From NCBI GenBank assembly GCA_002269645.1, contig NIVC01001499.1, positions 186,001 to 250,000 on the forward strand: DNA of 64,000 nucleotides, read 5' to 3'. This stretch comes from Macrostomum lignano (Eukaryota). Shown piece after piece: positions 1-36,052 of this stretch; the first letter of the stretch is position 1; each line of letters starts with the position of its first letter. The position numbers and the translations under genes are program-made. The notes beneath the pieces were generated by a model. The model was not told where the DNA came from and did not search any database. It was given only the letters and a program-made list of their open reading frames with translations.

Positions 1-461
1 AAAAGCCAGAAGCCAAAAGCCAGAAGCCAGAAGCCAAAAGCCAGAAGCCAGAAGCCAAAAGCCAGAAGCCAAAAGCCAGAAGCCAAAAGCCAGAAGCCAA
101 AAGCCAGAAGCCAAAATCCAAAAGCCAGAAGCCAAAAGCCAGAAGCCAAAAGCCAAAATAAAAAATCCAAAAGCCAAAAGCCTAAAGCCAGGACCCAAAG
201 GACAGAAACCAGAGACCAGAAATCAAAGGGCAGAATCCAAATGCAAAAGCCAGAAGCCAAAGAAGCCAAAGAGAAAAAGTCAAAATCCAAAAGCTAAACG
301 CCAAAAGCCAAAAGCTAAAATCCAGAAGCCAAAACCCGAAAGCCAAAAGCCAAAAGCCAAAAACCAAAAGCCAAAAGCCAAAAGCCAAAAATCAAAAGCC
401 AAAGCCAAAAACCAAAAACCAAAAGCCAAAAGCCAAAAGCCAAAAGCCAAAGCCAAAAGCC
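1..461. repeat. 7-bp tandem repeat (AAAAGCC/AGAAGCC)n, slit intron
   Basis: Direct inspection. Confidence 0.95.
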
Positions 462-477
462 AACTGTCTCTCCGCAG

Positions 478-18532
<18,055 letters not shown>

Positions 18533-20980
18533 TTGGCTGGGCTGGGGCTGGGTGATGTGTTGAACAAACTGAAACTTGGACACAGCGGAACGCGGCGGAG
18601 TGGAGTGAGGTGGGGGAGCAGCCCGTTTAGGCCATAAAAGCAGGGCTGGGTTAAGGAGTTTTTATGACTTCCACCCCAACCTCCTCCTTACTCAGACTAA
18701 ACTCTCTTACCTTATATGTACATTTAATGTACACTTAGCCAGATACCCTCTCCACCTCCGCCGCTCGCTCTGGCTAATAATATAATCGATAAGCGATAAG
18801 TCGCTTTAATCATATAATTATCCTGAACTTGTGTACAAAAACGCCACATTAACAACATAAAAACTTGCTGGCAGATAGTTATTGCACTGTCTCTTTGTTT
18901 GTCTGAACCTTAAAGTCGGAAACAGCAAGCTTTCGCTTTATAATTATGGTTTAAATGAATCATGAGTTGGACAACCCAATGTTGCATTATTTTGTTTATC
19001 TATCTTATCGTCACATGCTTAAGCTGTTTGTTTTGTTTTTTAAAAAATCGGCAAATTATTGCGTTAAAAACGATATTTTTGTTCCCTTTCCCTTTCCTTG
19101 GTACGTGTCTGTTTTAACAAAACGAAACTTAAAAAATCTTTCTCTTTATCATTAAATCATGAATTTGCTAGACAAAAAACAGTTTTTGTTTGTTTCTTTT
19201 TGCGCAAAATTTTTATACCATTTTGCATCATCATTTGCTACTATTGCAAGTAGGCAGCTTCGAGCATCGATTTTGAGAAGTTTGTAGATTTTTGCTTTTT
19301 GCGTCTCGATATCTAAGTTTGTTGTGTCTTTTCGCAAGACCCACCCCTCTTGTTTGAGAGACGCTGCCCTCCATTTCTGTTGCCTTTGACCCTAATCTAT
19401 ATATGCTTATCCGCCCTAAGTTTCTGTTAACAGCAAAACCTGCAATAAACAATTATCAATTAGTTGGACTCTGAAGCTTGTTGAACTTTTAACAAATGAC
19501 ACATTGAAATACTAATTAATAGAAATATCTACTGCATGCCCCTTTCAAAGAAGCACTTCGTACTAGCATGTCATTGACTCATAATACGACTATGCAGGGA
19601 TCTTTGCTTTTTTCTAAGATTAAACGTGAATAAAGAAACGTCATATTTCAATCATAAAAGAAGTGTTGTTTTAAAAAATGCAAGAAGCGTCAATATCGTA
19701 CATAATAGATTCATATTGGGAAAGGTTCGGGGGGTGTGTTGCCGAGATGCCAAGGCTGAGTGGGTCAGAAGCTAAATGGAATACATTTGATTTCATTCTT
19801 TGTTGGCTCCCCAACGGGGAGCACTGATTGCTAAGTTGCATAATGGCACTGAATATCTCCTAATATCCTAAAATTAGCGGTAAAATCTTCCTGTGGCGCT
19901 TAATGTTTTTGTTCAGTGACTGCATGGTTATGCTGCAATGACATCGGGGCTGCTACGAGTGGCTCTCGTTCGAGAAGGCCGTGGCTTGAGAATCGTGTTG
20001 TCCGCACTCATTTTGGCGTCGCAGGTACTCATTTTGGCGCCGAAGCTAGCGCTATATTTTGGCGACGCGCGCCTCGTCAAAAGTTACGGCTACTTTGTAT
20101 GAAAAGTTCAAATCAAAGTTTTCGCTCAAAAGACCGCTAGAGTAATTACCGTGTGTTTCATTAAGGAAAGTCAGGCCACAACACTCTCGGTAATTCATTC
20201 GGTCATATATTCGGTCCCCTGTCATCATATATGTAATAGTAGTTCATTCTCTGGAATCACTTTTAGGAATTAGATAGGCTTTCTTAGAAAACGGCACAAA
20301 TCGCTTTGCAAAAATTATTTAACGAAAATTAGTCTGTACAAATGACAATATACTCGTACAATATGGTTTACTGCAGAGTTCGCTAACAATGACAAACAGC
20401 TTGCGAGACGTCAGTACGTAAATTACTTAAAAAATTAAATAATAACCAGCCAGTTCATATATCAGATAAAACAGCATCTGTGTAAATCTAATGCACATTG
20501 TCGAACTCATTAATTCAACATCTTAATTGAAACGAAAAGTATTTCTTTTATGTTAATCATCACGTTATGTTTTTATTGGAATATAGACGAGTACCATATT
20601 TTTTGCTTAGAAGTTAGCTTTGCGCCGCAAAACACTGAAACTTCGCAATTATATCGCAGTACAATAAAAAGGACAAATATTTTTTACCAAATACTATTAG
20701 TGCTCAACCCGGAAAAATCACTACAAAAAACGACAACAAAAATTTAAATATCGTTAAAATACGGACTTGGTTTACAGTTTTCTTAGAGAATTCGCGTTTT
20801 TATCTCGCTAGGGCTAAATATTACTTGTTTATTGCTATTCTCAAACATAATTACGGCTGAATTTTTGTTACAAGATTTTCGGCGCGAGTTTAAATAAAAT
20901 TACTAGTAAGCAGAATTACGCAGTTATACGAGCGAAGTAACGTTCGGAATTGACTTGTGAATAGTTATCGAGTAAAAAAA

Positions 20981-23846
20981 TTAACTATCTAGCTCATATG
21001 CTTTGGATTTCTCTCGATTGCTGGTCGCAACAAGTTCGATTCGTCTAGCCATATCTTTTTGAACGGCTTCGTAAAGCTCAGGCCTCGTGCAGTTTGAGTT
21101 GTTGACGCCGCGAGCGTGGGGCCCTAGCTGGTCTTTGGTGATGAAATCCCACAGGACTCGAAGCCAGCTGGTGTGATGGGGAAGACTGTTGTAGTATTCG
21201 CCTGCGATGCGGCGAACTTCGGGCAAGCGTCTGCGTTTGGTAAATCGAGGTTCTCTGTGATTTTTTGTGTCTCACTGTGAGAAACACCTCGTATGTATGA
21301 AGTGTGAGGAATTTGCAGTGTCTGTGAGGAGTGTGCAGTGTCTGTGAGGAGTGTGCAGTGTCTGTGAGGAGTGTGCGTGTCTGTGAGGAGTGTGCAGTGT
21401 CTGTGAGGAATGTACAGTGTCTGTGAGGAGTGTGCGTGTCTGTGAGGAGTGTACAGTGTCTGTGAGGAGTGTGCGTGTCTGTGAGGAGTGTGCAGTGTCT
21501 GTGAGGAGTGTGCAGTGTCTGTGAGGAATGTACAGTGTCTGTGAGGAGTGTGCGTGTCTGTGAGGAGTGTACAGTGTCTGTGAGGAGTGTGCAGTGTCTG
21601 TGAGGAGTGTGCGTGTCTGTGAGGAGTGTGCGTGTCTGTGAGGAGTGTACAGTATCTGTGAGGAGTACGAGCTATACAGGGTCTGTGATGAGTTCTTAGT
21701 ACTCTGAGGAAGTTGCAATAGTTTTGAGTACAGATGCTCAGGTGTAGCCTCAACAGACCTGTAGGGAATATAAGGGAAGTCGTGATGCTCAATATGGTAG
21801 CCAACATTGAATAGCAGGACATTCAGTGGACCATAGTAACTGTGGGTGCTCTGACCGCCCGAGAACAAGTAGTGCTCGGAGATGAAATGTCCCGCCAGAG
21901 GGTGCGGTCCAAAGCCGAACAGTGTGCCAACAATCAGATAGCAGAGACTTTTCCAGCCGAACAGTACATAAATGGATAAATCGAATGTCATACAGACGGT
22001 GAAGTTGAACAGTTCCCAAGGTGTGGTCGGCTTTGGAGACTTTATAAACGGTCGCAAACCGTGGATGAAGGGATGAGCGCATAGCCAAAGGAGTTTAGTC
22101 AGCGGGTGACGAAACAGACGCGCCTCAGTCTTGGTTGGTATGTCAACATCATTGTCCTCGTGACCCAGCCATCTGTGATGATCGGTGTGATACTTCTTGT
22201 AACTGATGGCCATTGGTATTGCTATGGGCAGATTGCAGAATATTGCCAACAGTCTGTTGGCCCACGGTCGCTTGTGTCCGAATGCCAAGTTGTGACCTGC
22301 GTGGTTTTGTGCGTTTAAGTTATTGTACCCGGGGAATTACGTCACTACTAACAAACAAAGAAATAAGCAAATCAATTAGGAGCTGGAAAAATCTTTGGAT
22401 TCATAATTGTCACATGAACAATTCACGCTAAATTTGATTGAAAATCGATATTAAAAATAATCGCAGAAGGACTGTGGACACTCTGCGTGGCTCAACACCT
22501 TAGGCCACATCGTCCCACGAATTTCTTTAACCAAGAAAGCGGAGAGAGATAAAACTGGTTTGATTTGAATTAAGTCTCAATCCAGAAACATCTGTCTAAT
22601 TGAATATATTGAGGAGAAACGGAGAACGTTAGCTTTTTGATGCTTTTAGGAAGTCTATTAGTCTACAAAATAGTAATAACATCATAGTCTATAAAATGTA
22701 TGTTTGAAAACTTTGACATTCAAAGCATTCCCTATCAAACAGCCACTTATAATGACAAAGTGGATTAGCACTCTATGTGATAGTCGTTATAATGTTTGAA
22801 ATAGACTGACTCTTGGGTATTGGAATTTTGATGGGAAATTCAACAAATGGAACTGGGAAAAAACCTCATTAGAAATGTTTTCTATCCGTCATTCTTTTGC
22901 GTGGCTGTACTGTACCGCGAGTACAATATTACGTGTTTTTGACCCAAACGGTCTATGGCCATAAATTTCGATGACTCAACTGTCTATGATCTAAACTGTC
23001 TATGACCTAAACTGTCTATGTTCTAAACTGTCTATGATCTAAACTGTCTATGATCTAAACTGTCTATGACCCAACCTGTCTATGATCTAAACTGTCTATG
23101 ACCTAAACTGTCTATGTTCTAAACTGTCTATGACCCAAACTGTCTATGATCTAAACTGTCTATGACCTAAACTGTCTATGTTCTAAACTGTCTATGATCT
23201 AAACTGTCTATGATCTAAACTGTCTATGACCCAACCTGTCTATGATCTAAACTCTCTATTATCTTAACTGTCAATGACCCAAACTGTCTATGATCTAAAC
23301 TGTCTATGATCTAAACTGTCTATGACCCAAACTGTCTATGATCTAAACTGTCTATGACCTAAACTGTCTATGTTCTAAACTGTCTATGATCTAAACTGTT
23401 TATGATCTAAACTGTCTATGATCTAAACTGTCTATGATCTAAAATGTCTATGACCTAAACTGTCTATGATCTAAACTGTCCATGACCCGAAATCCCATGA
23501 ACCAACACCGATCGCACTCACCAATCTCGTGAATAGCTGAGCCCAAGCTGTGATTCAGCGTGGCCCCAACAGCGTAGGCCACCAGCAATAACACAGCCCA
23601 GTTCGGTTGCGTCACCCGAATCACGTGACAAAAGCCCAGCTGAACTGCCACCTCGCAGGTGACAATAACGGCTATCCAAGGATCGCTGCCCATCAGCTGT
23701 TTGATCTGGGGATATTTGGCAAGGATCTCACGACGTCGGCTGACATGGGGCTCCTCCGAGTACTCCCAGCGGTCTGAGTCCAGTTCGACTTTTAGACCGA
23801 GTTTCAGAGCGTTGAAAAACGACTGCTTTAGGTTTGTTGCAGACAT
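20981..23846 (-). CDS. DEGS1: Sphingolipid delta(4)-desaturase / C4-hydroxylase (DEGS1/DEGS2 family), about 370 aa
   Basis: Exons 23846-23522, 22296-21759, 21230-20981, phases consistent. N-terminal lipid-desaturase motif WEYSEEPHVSRRREILAKYPQIKQLMG; three His boxes HEIGH, HTDHH and HIEHH; GPHPLAGHFISEH; C-terminal RLPEVRRIAGEYY. An in-frame TAG lies just upstream of the ATG at 23846. DEGS1 and DEGS2 activity cannot be distinguished from sequence. Confidence 0.93.
21315..21665. repeat. 18/20-bp minisatellite GTGTGCAGTGTCTGTGAGGA (DEGS intron)
   Basis: Direct inspection. Confidence 0.93.
22978..23485. repeat. 16-bp minisatellite AAACTGTCTATGATCT (DEGS intron)
   Basis: Direct inspection. Confidence 0.95.
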
Positions 23847-23889
23847 TCTCTACCGGTAGTTGCTGATGCTGTCCTGCAGAGGAGAAAGT

Positions 23890-24500
23890 ATGACTCATTT
23901 AGACTCCTCTATGACTCATTTAGAAATATTTATGACCCTTTTAGACACTTTTATGACTCTTTTAGACACTTTTATGACCCATTTAGACACATTTTGACTC
24001 CTTTAGGCTCATGTATGACCCCTTTCGACACCTTTATGACCTTTTAAACATCTGGATGACCAATCACATCTGCATGACTCATTCAGACATATGTATGACC
24101 TATTTAGACACTTTTATGACCCATTAAGACACCTTAATGACTCCTTTAGACACATGTATGACCCCTTTCGACACCTTTATGACCTATTTAAACATCTGTA
24201 TGACCAATTATATCGGCATGACCCATTCAGACATATTTATGACCTATTTAGACACTTTTATGACCCATTTAGACACTATCACTCCTTTAGAAACTTTTAT
24301 AACCCATTTAGACACTTTTATGGCACACTTAGGACACCTCTATGACCCACTTAGACACCTTTAAGACCCGTTTAGACACTTGTATGACCCACTTAGACAC
24401 CTTTAAGACCCGTTTAGACACCTCTATGACCACTTAGACACCTGTAAGACCCGTTTAGACACTTTTATGACCAATTTGGAAACTTATATGACCAACTTAA
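23890..24500. repeat. Diverged ~21-bp minisatellite TTTAGACACTTTTATGACCCA
   Basis: Direct inspection. Confidence 0.85.
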
Positions 24501-25249
24501 ACACTTTAAACGCTCTATTACCCGTCTATGACCGATAATTTCCATTTATAACAAAATAATAGGGAATCTCATTACAATAAAATTTAAGTCCAGCCTTAAT
24601 TCGCTATGCAAACACCTATAGTCTGCACTGCATATTGAGGTTCATCACTCAGAAGAGCCTACAGTACTTAAAAATGACAAGGTGCATGCATAAGTAGCAA
24701 GAACTTACGGTTAGCCTATAGGTGAAAAACGAGAGGAGAACTGGTACTCTTTCTTCCCATCTGCCCCGTCTCCCCCTATCCGTCCCTTATTTATGCATCC
24801 GGGCTACACTATGGCTCGCTTTGACAGGCGCTGGGGTTGGGGTGGGAGCAATTCCCAACGGGAATTCTATCGCATGCCTTCCCCACGTCAATCCAGTTTC
24901 TGCCCCCCCCCCCTCCAAAAAGCAGCTTAGCACACGGGAATAATGTTACGATTGGTTAATAAAAATCTATTGCCTGAGTCAGGCAGGGCTGTGGGCAGGG
25001 CATCTATGGCCATAGACTGGTCATAAAACCCTCAGTCTATATAGGCTAGCGTATTGATTTTATTAATCTATGACCACCGTATGACTACAGTATGACTACA
25101 GTAAGACTACAGTATAACTATAATATGACTACAATTTGACTACAGTATGAATACAGTAGTGACTAAAGCATGACTATAGTATGACTACAGCATGATTATA
25201 GTATTGTGTCCAGATTATGTCGATAGTATGACCACAGTATAGTTAAGAC

Positions 25250-26700
25250 AAGGAGGGAGATCTGAGAGGGAGAGGCGGTGGAGAGGGAGAGAGAGACTGA
25301 GAGGGATAGACTGAGAGAGAGACTGAGAGGGAGAGACTGAGAGGGCGAGAGTAAGAGGGAGAGAGTGAGAGGGAGAGACTGAGAGAGAGAGACTGAGAGG
25401 GAGAGACTGAGAGGGAGAGACTGAGAGAGAGACTGAGAGGGAGAGACTGAGAGGCAGAGAGGCAGAGACTGAGAGGCAGAGACTGAGAGGCAGACTCTGA
25501 GAGGGAGAGACTGAGAGGGAGAGGCGGTGGAGAGGGAGAGAGAGACTGAGAGGGAGAGACTGAGAGGGAGAGACTGAGAGGGAGAGACTGAGAGGGAGAG
25601 ACTGAGAGGGCGAGAGTAAGAGGGAGAGAGTGAGAGGGAGAGACTGAGAGAGAGAGACTGAGAGGGAGAGACTGAGAGGGAGAGACTGAGAGGGAGAGAC
25701 TGAGAGGGAGAGACTGAGATGGAGAGAGTGAGATGGAGAGACTGAGATGGAGAGACTGAGAGGGAGAGAGGGAGAGCGAGAGGCTGAGAGGGAGAGACTG
25801 AGAGGGAGAGACTGAGAGGGAGAGAGTGAGAGGGAGAGACTGAGATGGAGAGACTGAGAGGGAGAGAGGGAGAGCGAGAGGCTGAGAGGGAGAGACTGAG
25901 AGGGAGAGACTGAGAGGCAGACTCTGAGAGGGAGAGACTGAGAGGGAGAGACTGAGAGGGAGAGACTGAGAGGGAGAGACTGAGAGGGAGAGACTGAGAG
26001 GGAGAGACTGAGAGGGAGAGACTGAGAGGGAGAGACTGAGAGGGAGAGACTGAGAGGCAGACTCTGAGAGGGAGAGACTGATAGGGAGAGACTGAGAGGG
26101 AGAGACTGAGAGGGAGAGACTGAGAGGGAGAGACTGAGAGGCAGACTCTGAGAGGGAGAGACTGAGAGGCAGAGACTGAGAGGGAGAGACTGAGAGGCAG
26201 ACTCTGAGAGGGAGAGACTGATAGGGAGAGACTGAGAGGGAGAGACTGAGAGGGAGAGACTGAGAGGGAGAGACTGAGAGGGAGAGGCAGAGAGGGAGAG
26301 ACTGAGAGGCAGAAACTGAGAGGGAGAGAATGAGAGGCAGAGACTGAGAGGCAGACTCTGAGAGGCAGAGACTGAGAGGCAGAGACTGAGAGGCAGACTC
26401 TGAGAGGGAGAGACTGATAGGGAGAGACTGAGAGGCAGAGACTGAGAGGCAGACTCTGAGAGGGAGAGACTGAGAGGGAGAGACTGAGAGGGAGAGACTG
26501 AGAGGGAGAGACTGAGAGGGAGAGACTGAGAGGCAGAGACTGAGAGGCAGAGACTGAGAGGCAGAGACTGATAGTGAGAGACTGAGAGGGAGAGACTGAG
26601 AGGGAGAGACTGAGAGGCAGAGACTGAGAGGGAGAGACTGAGAGGCAGAGACTGAGAGGGAGAGACTGAGAGGCAGAGACTGAGAGGGAGAGACTGGCAG
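25250..26700. repeat. 12/14-bp purine-rich satellite GAGAGGGAGAGACT
   Basis: Direct inspection. Confidence 0.95.
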
Positions 26701-27119
26701 ATAGAGATCAAGTACTAAGAGATCAATTGAGAAGCAGATTGGAAAAAGCAGAGAAAAAGGTGAATTCAAAGTGAGCAATGCACTCATACTGCAGATCGAA
26801 TAGCTGTCAGGGCGTGGTCGGCACAGACTGCCGGTCAATGGACAGCTGAGTAAAGAGAGTCTTGGGAAATCACTGACGACATAAAAGGCATTATTCCAGA
26901 TTTACAAAGGATACGGGAGAATCAGTATGTTGCCTTGGCGTTCGTGTGTGCTTTCCCAATTCAATGCAAGCGGTATTGTGATTGCGCCTCAAGATAAATT
27001 GAGTCAGGCCCTAAAATGAGTGCTTGAGTTAGGCGCCAAAATGGGTGTTTAGGTGAGGCGCTAAATTAAAATGAGTGATTGATTGAGGCGCTAAATTCGG
27101 TGATTGAGTACAGCGCTAA

Positions 27120-27650
27120 AATTAGTGATGCGCCAAAATGAATGACTGATTGAAGCGCCAAACTGAGAGGTTGAGGCGCCAAAATGAATGACTGATTGAA
27201 GCGCCAAACTGAGAGGTTGAGGCGCCAAAATGAATGACTGATTGAAGCGCCAAACTGAGAGGTTGAGGCGCCAAAATGAATGACTGATTGAAGCGCCAAA
27301 CTGAAAGGTTGAGGCGCCAAAATGAATGACTGATTGAAGCGCCAAACTGAGAGGTTGAGGCACCAAAATGAATGATTGATTGAAGCGCCAAACTGAGAGG
27401 TTGAGGCGCCAAAATGAATGACTGATTGAAGCGCCAAACTGAGAGGTTGAGGCACCAAAATGAATGACTGATTGAAGCGCCAAACTGAGAGGTTGAGGCG
27501 CCAAAATGAATGACTGATTGAAGCGCCAAACTGAAAGGTTGAGGCGCCAAAATGAATGACTGATTGAAGCGCCAAACTGAGAGGTTGAGGCACCAAAATG
27601 AATGATTGATTGAAGCGCCAAACTGAGAGGTTGAGGCGCCAAAATGAATG
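27120..27650. repeat. 46-bp minisatellite with two GCGCCAAA cores per unit
   Basis: GAGGCGCCAAAATGAATGACTGATTGAAGCGCCAAACTGAGAGGTT, about 11 copies. Confidence 0.95.
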
Positions 27651-28181
27651 AAAATTCCAAAAACAACCACAAGTGCACCACAGCTCACAAAGGACACAAG
27701 TTGAGTGCAGAAACCGGCTTCCAAAAGGGATCGGATTAAAAAGCACTCAGCTGGAGGGGGGGTAATTCATTAGAATTGTAATCATAATTCGGAATCATGC
27801 GTGATAAATCATTCTTCAGCTCGATGTGCGGAACGCATGGGCGGGGCACTTCTTGATCCTTATTGACCAAAATTCATCTCTCATTTTGAAGTAGCGCGCA
27901 AGCTGCTCCAGTGCTGATATGCTAATCGGCTTGGGGCTTGAGCTGTAAAAGTACATGCAAGCCCAGCAGATGCGATATTCTAGCGACCCTAGCAACCAGA
28001 CGTGATACTATAGCGACCCTATACAAATATCATATCTGTAAGATTTCACTCACCTTATCAACACAGAGATGAGTTACATGCAGTCTGGTGCTCCGTTGTT
28101 TAAAAACGAAAGATATGGTTTTAACTTGAGTACTCATGTATGGCAAAACTGCACCAATGGCTGAGCCGAAGCAACTGGATT

Positions 28182-28915
<734 letters not shown>

Positions 28916-29514
28916 TTACCTATGATCAAGCACAAACGAGTAAGTATTTACCGTTATTCAATCGCCTTCCAATTCCCTAGAACTTCAAAGCCGCCGCTCA
29001 GAGCATTGCTGAGAAGTCAGCTCTATACTCAGTATTGACTCAGCCTTATAACTCCCCAGCTGGTTGCCCTTGGCAACTGGGATGCGAAACTTTTCCAAGC
29101 GACCAACCGTCTCAACTTCTTTCTTCTTCTCTCTTTCCTAGTGGGCCGGCGTGAGGAGCCATTGCTGTTTGCTAAATTGCAAGGCAGAGCCAAGTAAGAC
29201 CCAGCCCAGCAGGTGTATAATGTTATATTTATACTACTTAGAGCGTAGCGCAAGTCAATCAATGCTTGTAGAATCCGATGCTATTTTTAGAAACCAATTT
29301 TGGATTTCACCTCCGCCAAGCAGAGCGAGTTGGTCAATGATGGCCTCTAATTAAGCTGTAAAAAAGGTACCTAGAAAATATAGCCCTTTTCAAAGTAGCG
29401 AGAGCACTAGTGAAATCTCTATTTTTGATCATAAACTGCGACTCACGCCTTAAAGTGGAATCAGTTTAACTTCATCTTTAACGGAATAGCAAGAAAAAAT
29501 GATATTGAAGATGG

Positions 29515-30360
29515 GAGTGATAAAAAGGAGTGACAATGAGGAGAGTGACACTGAGTAGAGTTCCAATAATGAGAGTGACACTGAGTAAAGTGACACTGAG
29601 TAGTGTGACAGTGAGTGACACTGAGAAGAGTCTCACTGAGTAGAGTTAAACTGAGTAGAGTGACATTGAGTAGAGTGACAGAAAATAGAGTGGCAATAAG
29701 GAGTGACACTGAGTAGAGTGACAATGAGTAGAGTGACAGAGAGTAGAGCGACACTGAGTAGAGTGACAGAGAGTAGAGTGGCAATAAGGAGAGTGACACT
29801 GAGTAGAGTGACAGAGAGTAGAGTGGCAATAAGGAGTGACACTGAGTAGATTGACAATGAGTAGAGTGACAGAGAGTAGAGTGGCAATAAGGAGAGTGAC
29901 ACTGAGTAGAGCGACAGAGAGTAGAGTGGCAATAAAGAGAGTGACACTGAGTAGAGTGACAATGAGTAGAGTGACAGAGAGTAGAGTGACAGAGAGTAGA
30001 GTGACAGAGAGTAGAGTGACACTGAGTAGAGTGACAGAGAGTAGAGTGGCAATGAGGTGAGTGACAATGAGTAGAATGACACTGAGTAGAGTGGAAATAA
30101 GGAGAGTGACACTTAGTAGAGTGACAATGAGGAGAGTGACAGTGAGTGACACTGAGAAGAGTCTCGCTGAGTAGAGTGACAGAGAGTAGAGTGGCAATGA
30201 GGAGAGTGATACTGAGTAGAGTGGCAATGAGGAGAGTGACACTGAGTAGAGTGGCAGGGAGTAGAGTGACACTGAGTAGAGTGACAGAGAGTAGAGTGGC
30301 AATGAGGTGAGTGACACTGAGTAGAGTGGCAGGGAGTAGAGTGGCAATGAGGAGTGGCAG
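29515..30360. repeat. ~15-bp minisatellite GAGTAGAGTGACACT and variants
   Basis: Direct inspection. Confidence 0.9.
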
Positions 30361-30684
30361 TAAGAGACGAGACGATTTACATGGTCCCACATAGGCAAAT
30401 CAATTTTTCCGAGTATGCAAAAGCCATCAATCATTTGAAAATTTGCAAATGCAAAAAACAGCACGATTTGAGGCCTGATTGATAACTGGCTACTCATCCA
30501 CAATAATGGGGACACCTATCAAGACTATAATACTGAGTGTCAGTTCCAATTAGCAGCTCAATATTCATACATCTGATAGGTGCTAAGGTTTAAATTGTAC
30601 AAGTATATGAACGGCTTCCAACTAAAAAATAGTTTAAATTTTCTCTGGTGAACTAATCTGTACTATAGTTGATATATATAATTG

Positions 30685-31222
30685 CTAAGTGGACACAACA
30701 GTCCACAGGTGGACACACACTGCAACTAAATGAACACACAATGCCTCTAGTGGACACTCGATGTCTCTAAGTGGACACACAATGTCTCTAAGTGGACACA
30801 CACAGCTTTTAAGTGAACACACAATGTCTAAGTTGACACACACTAGATGGACACAAACTGCATCTAAGTGGACACACGCTGCATTTAAGTGGACACACGC
30901 TGCATCTAAGTGGACACACACTGCCTTTAAGTGGACACACACTGCCTTTAAGTGGACACACACAGCTTTTAAGTGGACACACAATGTCTAAGTGGACACA
31001 CTAGATGGACGCAAACTGCCTCTAAGTGAACACACACTGCCTCTGAGTGGACACACACTGCCTCTAAGTGGACACACGCCGCATTTAAGTGGACACACGC
31101 TGCATTTAAGTGGACACAATGCATCTAAGCGGACACACGCTGCATCTAAATAGACACACACGGCCTCTAAGTGGACACACACTGCTTCTAAGTAGACACA
31201 CATTACCTCCAAGTGGACACAC
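30685..31222. repeat. ~21-bp minisatellite AAGTGGACACACACTGCCTCT
   Basis: Direct inspection. Confidence 0.9.
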
Positions 31223-32389
31223 TATTCCTTGAAGTCGAGACACAGGGTATTCATTCAATGAAAGAATCTTTGCTCACAAACCAAAAACAACAGAATCTTT
31301 GCTAAAGAAACAACAGAAACTTGATACAATTGCGCAGCTGAGGGTCATCCATTTATTCTTGGCAGTCATTTAGAATGATTAATAATGATTTCCCTAGGAC
31401 AATGTGGAAATAGAAAAGCAGACATGAGGAAGCAACGCTCTATAGGGGCCTACATGCATATGATGTATGGGGATATAAAAAACACAGACTAAATCGACTC
31501 TTACTTAATCTTTTGTGTTCGACAAAGAGTAGTCAAAGATGAAATTGATCAGAAATTGCTTTTTTTCCTAATTCCTTAGTGGGATCGGTTCACTGTTCAT
31601 ATCTAATATGACAGCAGTTATGTAATTTAAGGTCTAATTATAGCTGACATTGCTTTGCTCTTTGAGCGAGCTTTGTTCAAGGCTATTCTATTGCTATTCT
31701 GAATTAGCAGTGGGGACTGGCATTATCTCCGCTCCTAGCTCTCTGTATGCATTGTTCATGTACTGTCCTCTCCCCTCTCTTCTCTCAGCTCCCCCATCTT
31801 CTCCCTCCCCTCTCCTCTCTCCATCTCTTCTCTATTCTCTCCTCTCCCCTCTCCACTCTCCGCTCTCCACTCTCTCTTCTCCGCTCTCTCCTCTCCGCTC
31901 TCCCCTCTCCACTCTCCCCATCCTCTCTCTTCCTTCTCCTCTCTTCCATCTTCTCTCCTCCATCTCCTCTCCCCATCTTATCTCTCCCCTTCTTCTTCCT
32001 CATGTCCTCTCTCCCCTCTCTTCTCCTCCCTATCTTCTTCACTCCCCCCTCCTCTCCCCCTTTCACCTTTTTAAAGTGCAACCTCCTTTTCTCCTTTCTG
32101 TATCTCTTGCTATATTAGTGTTTATATTCTTGTTGACATTCACTAATCTGAAACACACCATACGCAACATGTCGTTAGGGAGCTACTCTTTGTCATCTTT
32201 TTACTAGTTCACTACTTGAAATTGGTTTACAATGCAATATTTGCGTATTTCTTTCAAATTCAAATTTGCTTCGTTTATTACTTTTAAGTATCAAAACAAG
32301 AGAATCATTGTTAAAATGGCATTTTTAGAAAAATATGAGTCACTACAACTCTCACACAAAATACTACAGAACACAGAAACTATGAGTCA

Positions 32390-33160
32390 CTATTCTTAGA
32401 ATCCCAATACCTATTCTTAGAATCTCGATATCTATTCTTATAATCCCAATACCTATTCTTAGAATCTCGATATCTATTCCTAGAATCCCAATACCTATTC
32501 TTAGATTACCGATACTTGTTAAAATCCTGATCCATATTCTTAGAATCCTGATCCTTATTCTTAGACCTGATCCTTATTCTTAGAATCTCTATACCATTCT
32601 ATAGAATCCCGATCCTTATTCTTGGAATCCCGATACCTATTTTTAGAATCCCAATCCTTATTCTTAGAATCCCGATCCTTATTCTTTGAATCCCGATCCT
32701 TATTCTTAGAATCCCGATACCTATTTTTAGAATCCCGATCCTTATTCTTAGAATCCCGATACCTATTCTTAGAATCCCGATTCTTATTTTTAGAATCCCG
32801 ATACCTATTCTTAGAATCTCGATCCTTATTTTTAGAATCCCGATACCTATTCTTAGAATCCCGATCCTTATTCTTAGAATCCCGATACCTATTCTTAGAA
32901 TCCCGATCCATATTCTCAGAATCCCGATCCATATTCTTAGAATCCCGATCCATATTCTCAGAATCCCGATCCATATTCTCAGAATCCCGATCCATATTCT
33001 TAGAATCTCGATACCTATTCTTAGAATCCCGATCCTTATTCTTAGAATCCCGATTCTTATTCTTAGAATCCCAACCCTCAAAATCAAAAATCTATTTTTA
33101 GAATCCTGATCACTGTTAATCAATCCCAACTACCGATCCCAATTCTTAGAATCAATCAAT
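32390..33160. repeat. 21-bp minisatellite TATTCTTAGAATCCCGATCCT immediately before the first visible PSMC3 exon
   Basis: Direct inspection. Confidence 0.93.
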
Positions 33161-33182
33161 CAATCATTCAATCACTTCTCAG

Positions 33183-36025
<2,843 letters not shown>

Positions 36026-36046
36026 GATGGTTTGATTGACTACTGT

Positions 36047-36052
36047 AATAAA
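36047..36052 (+). promoter_or_regulatory. Probable polyadenylation signal of PSMC3
   Basis: AATAAA about 20 nt after the PSMC3 stop codon. Confidence 0.5.

Noticed and set aside
25215-26838. ~500-aa SLSQ-rich ORFs; likewise the YLSI, TRTD, ESR and SQ-type ORFs elsewhere
   Set aside because: Stop-free tandem repeats with no domain content or splice support.
27120-27650. CRISPR-like regular array (also considered for the 41-bp and 28-bp arrays)
   Set aside because: Units are head-to-tail with no unique spacers; eukaryotic context, no cas genes.
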